From positions 15,404,515 to 15,468,514 of the forward strand of contig JARFYF010000053.1 of NCBI GenBank assembly GCA_030265395.1: DNA of 64,000 nucleotides, in the 5' to 3' direction. The translations under genes and the position numbers were made by a program. The DNA comes from Rhina ancylostomus. Its lineage: Eukaryota. How positions within the stretch are numbered: the stretch's first letter is position 1; each line of letters opens with the position of its first letter. Below the pieces are notes generated by a model. It made no database searches and was not told the origin of the DNA. It saw only the letters and a list, made by a program, of their open reading frames with translations. Below are positions 1 through 11,166 of the stretch, piece by piece.

Positions 1-99
1 CAAACAACTATTGCCCTCCTGGACAATAGGATTCAAGACCAAGAGGTGTGAATGCTACCACTTAACATCAGCCCTCCGCACGGTAGTCAGAAGAAGAAG

Positions 100-350
100 C
101 CACTTGATGGGGTAGTTCCCTGCATTTCGCATCAGCTTACAGCATGTCGGGTAATGCAAGACTACATTATTAATAGAGACAGAGGAAGAAGCCAATGAAA
201 AGACAGGCATAGCTAGGGCCCATTTGGGTGCCCATGGCCACACATTTGATTTGTAGGAAGTGAGGCCAACAAAAATACAGGCAGAGCTATGGCCCACCAG
301 TGAAAAGACAGGCATAGCTCGGGCGCCCCAATGAAAAGACAGGCATAGGT
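100..350 (-). mobile_element. Degenerate Penelope-like retroelement RT fragment with local triplication
   Basis: Minus strand reads PHFLQIKCVAMGTQMGPSYACLFIGF, the Penelope-type RT motif B (GvAMGt.mgPsyA.LF). TGAAAAGACAGGCATAG occurs three times between 195 and 350. Confidence 0.75.
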
Positions 351-867
351 AGGATCCAAATTACTTTACTTTCCTCCCACAGCTGCTGCTCAACCTGCTG
401 AGTTCCTCCAGCAGATTGATTGTGGCTGCATAGGATTGCCCTCTCCTCATCCTTTCTAAATCCTCAATTCCAAGGCTGTTCGGTTAATCCTGAAAATTTT
501 TAACAGTGGTTTTAAAAAATCTTTGACTATGTGTTGCTCATTGGGAGAGCTAATTTTGTGGCACTGGAATATTTTCCATCCCTATGAGCTTAGCAGGAAA
601 CACTTTCCTGTCCTGTCTCTGCCCCCTTTACTACTCTCTCCAAACTCTTTCCCCATACTTCTTCCAGATTTCAGTCAGTTACACCCAGGACTGGGCATAA
701 ATTAAATCCCTGTGTGAAAGTCTACAGCTTTAGGATGAATGTTTGTGTACATTGCAGCTGTTTACTTTGGTCAAAATAGGATCAGGAGCCAACTGGCATG
801 GGATCTTGAATGATCTTTGAAGTTCTCCAAGATACACACTAGCAACTAAGAAACGGGAAGAGAAGGA

Positions 868-1070
868 ATGGGTGGTACAGTGGGTTGGAAAGCTGACCTT
901 TCACCTCAGGGACTTGGGTTTGAATCCAGACAAGACTGTGGGATAAAAGTGTTATGTCCTTGCTGCCTGCTTGCAGTCCAATATGGGCCTCTTGAACTTG
1001 CTTCTGATCAGAGTTTAAAACCATCCAAAATTTGCTGTTAAATAGAAACTAATAGGAATAGTGGTGTGGG
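868..1070 (+). mobile_element. Ancient tRNA-derived SINE, LF-SINE-like 5' part
   Basis: tRNA-like head ggtggtacagtgggtt...ctttcacctcagggacttgggtttgaatccag resembles the LF-SINE head I recall (ctttcacctctaggtcgctggttcaaatccag). Highly diverged. Confidence 0.4.
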
Positions 1071-1104
1071 AAATATAGAGAGTGAACAAGCTTCTGAAAG
1101 GCAT

Positions 1105-1460
1105 CGAAATAGAGGCAGCTTTACTGTGAGTCTAACCCCTGCTGTCACTGTACCAGTTGTATTTGATAGATAAAGTTTTCTTTATTCTGTATTTAACCCA
1201 AGCTGCTCTTCCTGAGGAGTATATGATGGGACAAACAGAGGAACGTTTAATGTATTTCTTTTAATAATGGATAGGGGTGGCTCTATTTTGTATCTAACGC
1301 ATAATATCCATGCACTGGTTGCATTTGATGGATCGTGTAGAGAGAGCTTGATTCTGTATGAAGTTGCTCCTCCTCAGGAGTATTTGATGGGACAACATGA
1401 GGAATATTTACTCTGTTTCTAGCATGTGATGTAACTATTCTGCATGTGTCTGATAGCAAA
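1105..1460. repeat. Degenerate ~65-bp elasmobranch satellite, about 5 copies
   Basis: Repeated units like ggagtgtttgatgggacagtgtagagggagctttactctgtatctaacccgtgctg, e.g. 'ggagtatatgatgggacaaacagagg', 'gtagagagagcttgattctgtat', 'ggagtatttgatgggacaacatgaggaatatttactctgtttcta'. Confidence 0.75.
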
Positions 1461-1467
1461 GGGTCGA

Positions 1468-1765
1468 GGGAGTCAGCAATTAGCATAACGGTTTACAGCA
1501 CTAGTGACCCAGGTTCAATTCTGACCACTGTCTGTAAGGAGTTTGTACGTTCTTCCTGTGTCTGCATGGGTTTCCTCCAGTGGTCTGGTTTCCTCCCACA
1601 TTCCAAAGACGTACGGGTTAGGAAGTTGGGGGCATGCTATGTTGGCGCTGGAAGCGTGGTGACACTTGCAGGATGCCCCCAGAACACTATGCAAAAGAAG
1701 TATTTCACTGTGTGTTTTGATGTACGTCTGACTAATGAAGAAATTTTATCTATCTTATCTTATCT
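1468..1765 (+). mobile_element. tRNA-derived V-type (HE1-like) SINE
   Basis: B-box-like ggttcaattc, V-domain 'gagtttgtacgttcttcctgtgtctgcatgggtttcctcc...tttcctcccacattccaaagacgt', (TATCT)n tail. Confidence 0.85.
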
Positions 1766-3745
1766 GTGGTGTATGTGTTCTGGGAGAATTTCGTGGGACA
1801 CCATAAAGTGACCAAATATATAATCTGAATTTGGAGAGAAATAGTAAAGCTGAGGTGTCTAGGGATGGAGTTTTAAAGTGCAAGGAATAATGACAAATTC
1901 ATCCACATTTTCTAAATGCTCATTACTGCAGATCACTCATTTTCATCTTTTGAAGTGATTTTGGTCTCTAACCTTCACGTTTGAAAACTCAGTGACAATC
2001 CACTCACCTCTGGCCAAATCTTCACCCTTTCCTTTTTTAACTTTTCAGATTGAGACTTCCCTCTCACTTCCACCACCCTCACCCACCCATCCCCCTCACC
2101 CACTCAGCTCTCACCCACTGCCCTGAACACCCCACCTCCTCCCTGCGTCCTTACAATGTTGAAATGAGAACTCCTCACACCCTCTCTGAATCCAGTTCAT
2201 TCTCTTTGAAGGCTACAAATTGCTCCATTTTCACTTCCCCCTGAAATTCGAAGGCCTTTCAAGGGTTTCTTTTTGTTCACTGTTTTAACATACAAGTAGC
2301 CTGCAGGATTTAAAATGGGTATGTTGATCTCTCCCGAGTCTTCTGTTCCATGATACTCTGTCCTCTGGGATGGCAATCTGTCATTTCCTCTGTCATCTCT
2401 CACAAATACCTTCCAGTCATGATTTGCCCATATTTCTAAAGCAGATGTTACAATGTTGGAACCAGAGAAGCCAGTTGTACCAAAGCACAAGCCCATGCTC
2501 AGCTCAAATTTCTCATATTGTCTGATGTTAATCCAGCCGACGAGGCAATCCTTCAATTTACAAAATAACGGCGCTCATTCTAAAATGAAGTATCTTGGAC
2601 TATAATAACAGGTACATTTATTTCCTTTAATCTTACACTGTGTTTCAGAGATTGACATCTCCGTCCTAGATATTTGTGTACAGTAATCAACAGAACCTTA
2701 GCTAAACAGACACAGACACAAATATAATTATAATGTGTCATTTGTGGGTTAATAAGCAAAATGAAGTGTGTCACATACAACATGCATATTGGAATGTTCC
2801 CTAATTTCCATTCACCTATCACCTATAGGCTCAGTGAACTTAACTTACCCCTAAATACAACAACACCTAAATTCAACATTTCTCATTCTTGTTTCCAAAT
2901 CCTTTGCCTCTCCNNNNNNNNNNNNNNNNNNNNNNNNNNNNNNNNNNNNNNNNNNNNNNNNNNNNNNNNNNNNNNNNNNNNNNNNNNNNNNNNNNNNNNN
3001 NNNNNNNNNNNNNNNNNNNNNNNNNNNNNNNNNNNNNNNNNNNNNNNNNNNNNNNNNNNNNNNNNNNNNNNNNNNNNNNNNNNNNNNNNNNNNNNNNNNN
3101 NNNNNNNNNNNNNNNNNNNNNNNNNNNNNNNNNNNNNNNNNNNNNNNNNNNNNNNNNNNNNNNNNNNNNNNNNNNNNNNNNNNNNNNNNNNNNNNNNNNN
3201 NNGAAGGTGGGAGATAGCAAGCTGCACAACCCGGCAGTGAAACTGAGCAATGACTTTGCAAAGGAAATCAGATCCTAGCCAGACCTGCAACAGCAACAAA
3301 ATAAATAAAAAGCCTTGAAGTCCTGGAACTTACAGAAGAAGCATTGAAACAATGCAAATAATACTGGCTGTCTTGGAGTTATTTCCACAGTGACAGCTCT
3401 TGGATGCTAGGCAACCCTTGCCACTCTGCTTGACCTTTCCCTTGCTGTGACCCTTGTTAAACCGTAGCTGAAGACAATTATTTCTTGGCATTTGTTTTCC
3501 TTTGGTTAGGGGGCCACAGTATTGGACACAGACTGTGTCAGAGCTGCTGGCGTGGAATTTAGTTGTTCCATCCATTTACAACAACTGCTGCTCATAAAGT
3601 GGGGGGTTGGGTGTAGGTGGTGGGCGGTGGTGGGGGAACCTGATGTTTAGTCTGAACACAGGCCTAATCTCTGATTACGCGACACCAGTCTTTTGCTGTC
3701 GTTGGAAGCTTACTGAGAGAGAGAGGCAGCTGCAGAGAACACAAT

Positions 3746-3908
3746 GGAAATTCATTCTTGATCACATGTGCTACATGCACAATATGGTGTTGTATGCATG
3801 TTGTACTCTGCTTCCAGAATTCAGATCCATCTAACTGAAGAGGAGTACAATATGCATATGCTCTTGGAATGTGCCTACAGCACATGTGGCCAAGGACAAA
3901 TTTCAACC
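3746..3908. repeat. Imperfect ~160-bp palindrome (fold-back, MITE-like)
   Basis: Left arm gaaattcattcttgatcacatgtgct...tatgcatgttgtactctgcttccag pairs with right arm ctgaagaggagtacaatatgcata...agcacatgtggccaaggacaaatttc. The + and - ORFs here give similar peptides (KFILDHMCY.. and KFVLGHMCC..). Confidence 0.8.
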
Positions 3909-4719
3909 TCAATGTCTGTTGAAAAGAGTCTTGAATAAGACTCTCAATATTTCAGCCTCACAAAAAAGGGGGTGGAATACAGAAACATAACATAAGCAAT
4001 CGTGTGCAAAATGGTGTCAACCATTCCTTTGCCTCTGAACCTCAATGTTTTGGATTCAACTCCCTGTCTGGAGACCAGAGCAAAAAATTCTAACTTGCAC
4101 TTGCAGAACAGTATCGAGTGAGTTGTGCACTGCTGGAAGTTCTGTTGGCAGGATGGGATAATAAATGTGCTCACCTAGATGTGCTAAGAGATCCCATTTA
4201 CTATTTCAAAGAGGGCAATGGGGGTGCAATTTCCCTTGGAAAAAGCCAGTATTTATCTCTCAACCAACACTACCAAAAATAGAGGGTTGAAGTACCTAAA
4301 GGATTCACCTGAGGCATTGGTGGGACTTGGACCAAACCTTCTGATTACTGGAAACTACTTTAAGTAAACTTCAGTGGCAGAGTAAGGATGGGTTGTTTGT
4401 TTCTTGAGAAAGAAGATGCTTAAGTGCACTTGTTTGCCACTTGCCACTGCCTAAACTTTGCCCAGAATTAGCTGATTTCAAGTCATTTGGTTATTTGGAA
4501 GGACTACAGTTAAATACAGTGTTCATGCACAATGAAGAAGATGTGATGGGTTTGGGATATGTAGGATGGTGTTGGTGAGGGCTGGAAGGGAGTTGGGTGC
4601 AGTGGCAACCAGTGCTCTTGCCAAGAATTATTATTCTGTAATTCCAATGCTGCCATTTAATTTAGTGACCTCAAAATTTTGTAGACTTGGGAGAAAGGAA
4701 TGCTGAACTGGCTAAAGAA

Positions 4720-5110
4720 CTTATACTTATATTGTGTCCATCTTGACCTCAAGACTTTCCAAAGCATTTCGATCTGGGCTCACCACTCCATGATAGGAAA
4801 TCCAGCACCAATTTATTTGGAGCAAGCTCTCACAAACAGCAGTGACCAATTCATCTAGTTATAGTGCTGTTGGTTAAGAGGAAATACTGAAGAGGGTATA
4901 GTGAGAACCCATTCTCTTCCTCAAAATAAATGTGATGCAGACAGGGCATTAGTTTAACCTTTAATCCGAGAAACGGCACTTCCAATAGGACAGAGCCCCA
5001 GCAGCAGGAGGGCTATCCCAGTTTATGTGCTCTGGTTCATTGTACGTGACTTAATCCAACCACTTTCAGGATTCAAAGAAAGGGGTGTTACCACCAGTGA
5101 GCCACTGCTT
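4720..5110 (-). mobile_element. Deu-domain SINE (SacSINE1/AmnSINE-like), degenerate
   Basis: Reverse-complement hallmarks 'agcaagctctcacaaacagc', 'gtttaacctttaatccgagaaacggcacttccaatag', 'ttaccaccagtgagccac'. Confidence 0.65.
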
Positions 5111-6569
5111 GACATGCAGCATGTAAAGTCAGGATCAAACTAAATGGCATTAGTTAAATGGTCAGTGCATAGTGGGCCGATAAATACTTGTTTAAGAGCC
5201 TCTTAGCACATAATTCAATAGTGCATGAGGCCCAAGGTGTTGGGTGCTACTGCAGTGATGTTACACAGGGAACGCCCTTTCCTTTAAACACTTCACTGTT
5301 GCTGAAAATCAAAAGGAAATCAGGCAAACCCAGGTCAAACTGAATGAGAGAGAGAGATCCTCTTGGTGTTGAGGCTTGATAGAAGGGGTTGATATCTAAG
5401 GATCCATAATGGGCTGGACAGTCTGAGGAACTTGAGGATCAGCTGTGCGATCAAAGGGTGAGAGTCTGAGGGTGTTTATTCTGGAAAGTTAGAGTGGGAT
5501 AGGGATTGGGAAAGGGAATGGTAGTCAAAGGGAGATTTGCTTTGGAGAAAGGTAGGGGAATTGATAAATGCATTGGTAATAGGTCATCTGGTTAGTGGAT
5601 TCATTGATGGGGCTTGGTTGGCAGATCATTGAGGGTTAGAATGGGACTGGTATGGGGGTCCCTAAGGGAGCACCCTTGGTGGGTTCCCAGCTCTTGACTC
5701 TCTGGTAATGGACAGGTAAGGCATGTCTCACCAGTGTTGTGAAGATGCATTGTTGGGCACACTATCCATGGCATTGAAAACATGGAAGCATCCAAGCAGG
5801 CCCAACACACTCCTGGTTGATACTGCCCCCATCCAGGCTTCTCTGTTAGTGTGTCAGACACATGGAGGATCCAAAAGGTAAAGTTGCTGACTTGGTGCAG
5901 TAAATCCCAAATTCTCATGACAAAGCATGGCATAATGTGGTTCAGTTTCTAAGCACTGCTGTTTGTGCTGAGCACTTGCAATGATCCCCATCTGCCTCCA
6001 CAGAACAGATCAGCTGATTGTTTCCTGTGGAATCTTTCACCCATCACATAACGTCAGCCAGTGGAAAATAAAGCTCCACAGCATAGAATAATTGAACACA
6101 CAGATGGCGAAGTTTCTCTGACAGCCTCGGCTCCAGCAGTTGCACACGTGCTGTCAAAACCATCGCTGGTTGTTTGAGCCTACTCCGTGACTCCCATCTC
6201 ATGGGGTGGGATGCCATGGAGCAGCACTGAGGACAGGTGTTTGAGTCTGGGATTTGGGGTGCGCTGGGGGAGGTCACTATATGTTGGAATCAAGCATGGT
6301 GAAAAACCAAAGCCCTAGTTGCCATTAAAAGACCCCTAGGCTTTTTTTTTGGAAAAGACTTCCCACCTACCCTTCACCTAACCCCATACAGAGATTAGTT
6401 GATACCCTCTGCCACTTGTGGGATCTTGTTGTGCGCAAAACAATCTCTCCTGCATTATCCTATATATCAACTACTACACTTCATGGTAATTGATTGCATA
6501 TGAAGTGCTTTGGGGTGCCCCTAAGAAACTTGGTTATGTCCTATACAAATACAAGGCTTTCTTTTAGTT

Positions 6570-7260
6570 CCAGGCCGATGTAAACACGTGGATTCAAAAG
6601 TGACAGGGTAGCACCAAGCAGCACTTTAAAGAGGGCTTTAATTAATAAACTAAAACACTTTCTCTCAGACGTTCTATCCTTCCCTCGGATTTTTTTCCTC
6701 TCCAGATTCCTGCCACCATTCCCCAGACACCTCATTTATCATGGTAAGTTGAACTCGTGCTTACAACTGGCTGGCAACAGATACCCATCTTGTGAGGGAG
6801 GAGGGGGCGGGACGGGTGAAGGGGGAGAGGAGAGGCAGACGAGCCACATTCCTCGGGAGGCCACTGCCGCTGGCTCTGTAGTCTCAGCAGTAAAACACTT
6901 TATCGACATCAAGATTCAGCTGTTGTGTTCTTTGCTAACAGCCCCACTCCCTCTGTCCCCCTTCCCTAGTTTTTTCAAAAACATTCAAAGCTGACTACAA
7001 TTTATAGAGGTCGGCAGGAGCTAAGCAAAGATTGTTGAAGGGGGAGGGAGAGGAAGAATGCTTTTTTTTCCGACACCTAGTCTGTAAAGAAAATATTGAA
7101 TAGCGTTCAGGGATTTGCAAGCGACCCCGGGCAGTATGCTAAGAATCTCTGCAAGACACAATTCACTTCAAAGCTCACACAGCCATCCTAGGAATCAGCT
7201 CAGTCGGGCTGTGTTATAAAGCTGAATATCGTTTCATGTAAAAGTTTATTTTATTGTTTT
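6570..7260. promoter_or_regulatory. Repeat-free, relatively CpG-rich enhancer- or promoter-like block
   Basis: More CpG than flanks by eye. GTAAACA overlapping E-box CACGTG (6580-6590), GC box GGGGCGGG (6804-6811), TEAD-like ACATTCC (6846-6852). No repeat similarity recognised. Confidence 0.4.
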
Positions 7261-7599
7261 TTGATCATTTTGTTAAGATTTCCTTGCACCACATTTTTTT
7301 AAAATCTCTTTTGAACTTTGGAAGTTCTGCTACCCCAGGGAATAATTAGACAATTCTATTATCTTTCCAGCATTTTCACATGCCAAGGATGGAAGCCCCT
7401 CCACTGAGGCTGTTGNNNNNNNNNNNNNNNNNNNNNNNNNNNNNNNNNNNNNNNNNNNNNNNNNNNNNNNNNNNNNNNNNNNNNNNNNNNNNNNNNNNNN
7501 NNNNNNNNNNNNNNNCCCTCCACTGAGGCTGTTGCTTACACTTTGCTCAGTGCTGTATTAAGCCAGTCAGGGCAGTAAAACCAAGTTTAAGCTGAAGTT

Positions 7600-7960
7600 C
7601 AGTGGGGAGTCAGAGCTAGAATATTATGGGCTCAATCTCTACTCCAATTCACAGTCCAGTACAGAGGGAGCACAATACTGTTGAAACTGCAGTTTGAAAG
7701 GCAGCATCTTTCCACTAAGTTTTAAACAGTGTTGAGTGTTAAAGATTTCATGGCACTATCTGGAGGAAGAGTCCTGACCAATATTTATCCCACAGCCAAC
7801 ATCACTAAAAAACAGATGATCCAGCTATGCACACATTTGTTACATGTGGGACTATGCTGTGTGCAAATTGGCTGAACTTCAAAACTAATTCATTATCCGT
7901 GAAGTGCTTTAAGACTCCCCGATGACATAAAAAGTGCATTAACCATGCAAGTTCTTCCTG
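7600..7960 (+). mobile_element. Deu-domain SINE, degenerate
   Basis: 'ccagtacagagggagcac', 'taaagatttcatggcactatctggaggaagagtcctgaccaatatttatccc', 'gtgggactatgctgtgtgcaaattggctg', tail 'atgcaagttctt'. Confidence 0.75.
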
Positions 7961-8029
7961 GCTTCTCTGAGTTGGCTAGTCTCAGCTCAGGGTCTTACTA
8001 TTGGCTGTTGGGCTGGGGAATAGAGATTT

Positions 8030-8270
8030 GTGAAAGGCCAGCATTTAAAGCTGACCTGACCTACCCAAACCTGACACACATGATCAGATCCTGTTGGGCT
8101 TGGGTCATGTAGGCAAGCTCTAAATAGCTGTACTACATTTATTGATGAAGAGCCAGCCCTGCCTGATTTGACCTGACCCCAAGGACTTATCATTTTTTTT
8201 GATACCTGACCAGACCTAAATCTGACACACACAGTTGGGTCTTAATGGGCTACATTCAGTTAGCCAGCCC
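8030..8270. mobile_element. Two tandem remnants of a small non-autonomous DNA element (hAT-like MITE)
   Basis: Repeated cctgacc/cccgac subterminal motifs, 'acctgacacacatg...gggtcatgtaggcaagctcta'. A related copy lies at 23320-23440. Confidence 0.5.
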
Positions 8271-8699
8271 CAACTGGGTCTCCTGCATGTGTGCAGACTT
8301 TAAGAGAATATAATCTGGAAAATGAAAATTGCTGATCTTGGAAATCTGAAATAAAAACAGAAAATGCTGGAACTACTCAACAGAACAGGTGGCATGTGTG
8401 GAGCGGGAAATTGGGTCAAAGTTTCAGGTCATTTTCTGTTTTTATATAACAATCCTGGAGTTGACTGTGAAGCCTAAAGCAGCCCACCAACCTTCAGAGG
8501 CTAAGACAGGCCTCAAATGAATACATTATAACATCACACAGAGATATTTCAAGCACATGTGCAAAAATATTACTTCAAGTACTTGGGAGGTATTCAGATG
8601 TCTTCTGTCCATCCCCACCATAGTTAATATTTACATCAAGACACTGGGGGTGTCTAGTATCTGTGGAAGCTATAATCTGAGGTGACAGTGTGCTTCATT

Positions 8700-9330
8700 G
8701 AGCCAACACCCCACAATCAAACACTGACTCTCCATTGCCAACACCTCCTCACTCCGACCTCCTTAATGTTACCCTTCTCCAGCCTGGCCTCAGCTCATCT
8801 GCTCATGCCAAAAGTCTCATTCGTGCCTTTCTCATGTCGAGTCTCAATATTCCATAGCACTCTTGACCAGCCACACATCTTCCAATCTCTATCCACTAGC
8901 TCATCCAAACCATACAGTATTCTGTCTCACTCAGTTGCCAAGCAATGACCTACATTGGATCGTAGTTCCCCAGTGCCTCAAATTCTCCTTCTTGTGCTGA
9001 ACCCCCTCCATTGCCCCCTTTCTTTCTACCTCTTAAATCCCACCATTGCTGTAATATCTTTTCTTTGCTTTGTATTTTCTAACTCTGCCCCCCAAATCCA
9101 CCGCCCTTTACTCTACCATTGCAGTCAGTGCCTTATGATGCCCAGACCATACAGAGTGGACTTCCTTTTTTGAGGTGCTCCACTTAGACCTTCCATAAAT
9201 CTATTACTTTAGGTGAAGGTTCAGGGCACCCTTATCTCCTCTTTGAGATCAGTGTTCATTTTTATCCCCCCTTGTGTTTCAGTACAGCATTGTGGGACCC
9301 TTGTCACTGCGAATGTAAGATGCTGCTCAT
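8700..9330 (+). mobile_element. L2 LINE 3' fragment
   Basis: Pyrimidine-rich; 'gtctcaatattccatagcactcttgaccagcc', 'ctacattggatc...aaattctccttcttgtg', tail 'gcattgtgggaccc...aatgtaagatgctg'. Confidence 0.7.
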
Positions 9331-9409
9331 ACCTACAACAAGTAGTGCATACCATCACTGAGGCATTGCAATGTTGTGGGGGTGCAGGGGGTGGGGTGCC
9401 TCACAAAAC

Positions 9410-9760
9410 ACAGTCGCCCTGACAACTGAGAATGGCTTTGATTAAACTGTAATGGCAGGACAACAACGGCTGCTCCACAGGCAGCAGCGAGCAAAAAAAC
9501 AACAAGAATCAGATCTGACAGGAGCCTCTTCAAAGGACCAGCCACTCACACTGCTTTTGTTCAAAGTTTCAATCAGTTCTCAAATATCTCTGGGTGCTGT
9601 CCTCAATTGCAGCATAAAGCCAGATATCTAGGCACACAAGACATCTTAACAAGCCAGTTAATATAAACTGTGTCTGACAGAGGCTCTTTAATAATGTACA
9701 CGTACACACAGACTGTTTATCTGACCTGACTGTAGATCCAAGTACACTCGCTGTCTCCTC
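9410..9760. promoter_or_regulatory. Putative conserved non-coding element
   Basis: Unique sequence with TGATTAAA, several TGACA/TGACAG (TALE-type) and TAAT motifs, typical of developmental-gene intronic elements. Conservation not tested. Confidence 0.3.
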
Positions 9761-10274
9761 ACTACTTGGGATATTTGATGTCTTACATGATTTTGAAGCA
9801 TCCATCAAAGAGCTACATGTCATACCTCTCAAATGAATCAAATGATTTGTTATTTGCTTATTTTTTATAAAAAAAACCTACACATTCCTTTAATGGCTCA
9901 ATTTTAAAAAAGAACAGCCTACATGGAAAAATAACCTAGACATCCCAGGATGACCACTGGTTAGCAGTAAGGCAACTTGATAGGTAATGGATCTTGCTTA
10001 ACAGATAGTCCACTGGATCCAGTTCCCTTCAACATCCTGCTGAATGGGTGACCCTGGAGATACAAGTCAAGATGAGGAATTTGGCTGGCAATCAGGAACA
10101 GGAATCAAGGCTGCATTTTCCCCCTCTTAAGCCTGGGGACAGATTGACTATAAAGTAAACCTTGCCTGTGCAGCAGTACGATACACTCAGGTATGATCCC
10201 AGATTGTTGTTAGGGCTACTGACACACAAATGAAAGCTGTTGAACTATAGAAGATGTATAGAATGGGAGAAAAT

Positions 10275-10530
10275 ATATGACATTGAAAGAGACTATTCAG
10301 CTTGTTAAGTCTCTACCAGTTGAAAAAGAGCTATAAACTTCACCTCACTTTCCAAAATCAGGTCCATAGCCCTGCTAAGTAATGGGTCCTAAACCAAGTA
10401 CTGTTTAAATACGATGAGGGTTTCTACCTCCATCAGCTTTCCAGGCAATGAGCTTCAGACCCCTAAGGTCCTCTGGGCGAAAAATATTTTCCTCACCTTC
10501 CCCCTAATTCTTTGACCAACTATTTTAAAA
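10275..10530 (-). mobile_element. CR1 LINE 3' end, truncated at ~10530
   Basis: 'ggtccatagccctgc', 'ttaaatacgatgagggtttctacctcc...ccaggcaatgagcttcagac...ctctgggcgaaaaatattttcctcac' is the reverse complement of CR1 ORF2 C-terminus and 3'UTR. Similarity stops abruptly after 'tattttaaaa'. Confidence 0.8.
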
Positions 10531-10556
10531 TAGCACAAACAAAGAAAAAGACTTAC

Positions 10557-10574
10557 TCCCTTTCCAATTTTTTT
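10557..10574 (-). CDS. Candidate 18-nt micro-exon continuing the RNF34 frame, (E)KNWKG, phase 1-1
   Basis: attttctctctcacatataataatAG|aaaaaaattggaaaggga|GTAAGT. Length is a multiple of 3 and the frame stays open after the 33-nt exon. No homology I can recognise. Confidence 0.45.
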
Positions 10575-11166
10575 CTATTATTATATGTGAGAGAGAAAAT
10601 AAGATCTGTTGCCGTTGGTGACTTCCAAGAAAATTGCCAGATTTTGATGGTTTTCCAACTTAGCTATGCTGCATTTATGTGATTTTAAGACGTCACTCTC
10701 ATTAACACAATCATCTCATAACACAGTTAAGTCTGTACAATCCAACTAAATACAAAGAACCAATAAATGGATTACTAAAGAACTTTTACGAGGAGGAAAA
10801 GATTATTAGGCCTGACAAGTCAGTTCCTGTTTGATAAATAAGCAACCTTCTGCCCATTTGCTTTAATCTCACCAACATATTTCTGCGTTAAATTCCTGAA
10901 TCCTGTGCAACCATCCAAGAAAGAAAGACATACATCTATAAAGCACCTCTAAAGCTTCAGGACATCTCCATAGTTTACAGCTAATTAAATACTTCTGTTG
11001 TACTCTTGCAATGTAGGAAATGCTGAACAAAGAGTAATAAATAGCAACCACATCAACTGTTTTTAATGATACCATGAACATTGACAACCTGAGGGAAAAA
11101 CTCACTCTGGTCTCAACCAGAAAATAATTGAATTTATAGATACTAAGAGGGAAATTATTTACTTAC

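Noticed and set aside
1105-1460. Regularly spaced repeats that superficially resemble a CRISPR array (also 59365-59610)
   Set aside because: Eukaryotic DNA, degenerate tandem units without unique spacers, no cas genes.
3334-3467. Minus-strand AG...GTAAGT segment whose peptide (..CGNNSKTASII..) faintly resembles FOXP4 exon 3 (SPGNNDSKQSAS)
   Set aside because: It lacks the conserved ALQVARQ.LLQQ start, and 134 nt is not frame-preserving. Likely chance.
5690-6290. Possible decayed Harbinger transposase remnants (also 30490-30720)
   Set aside because: Only faint patchy resemblance; I cannot support it without an HMM search.
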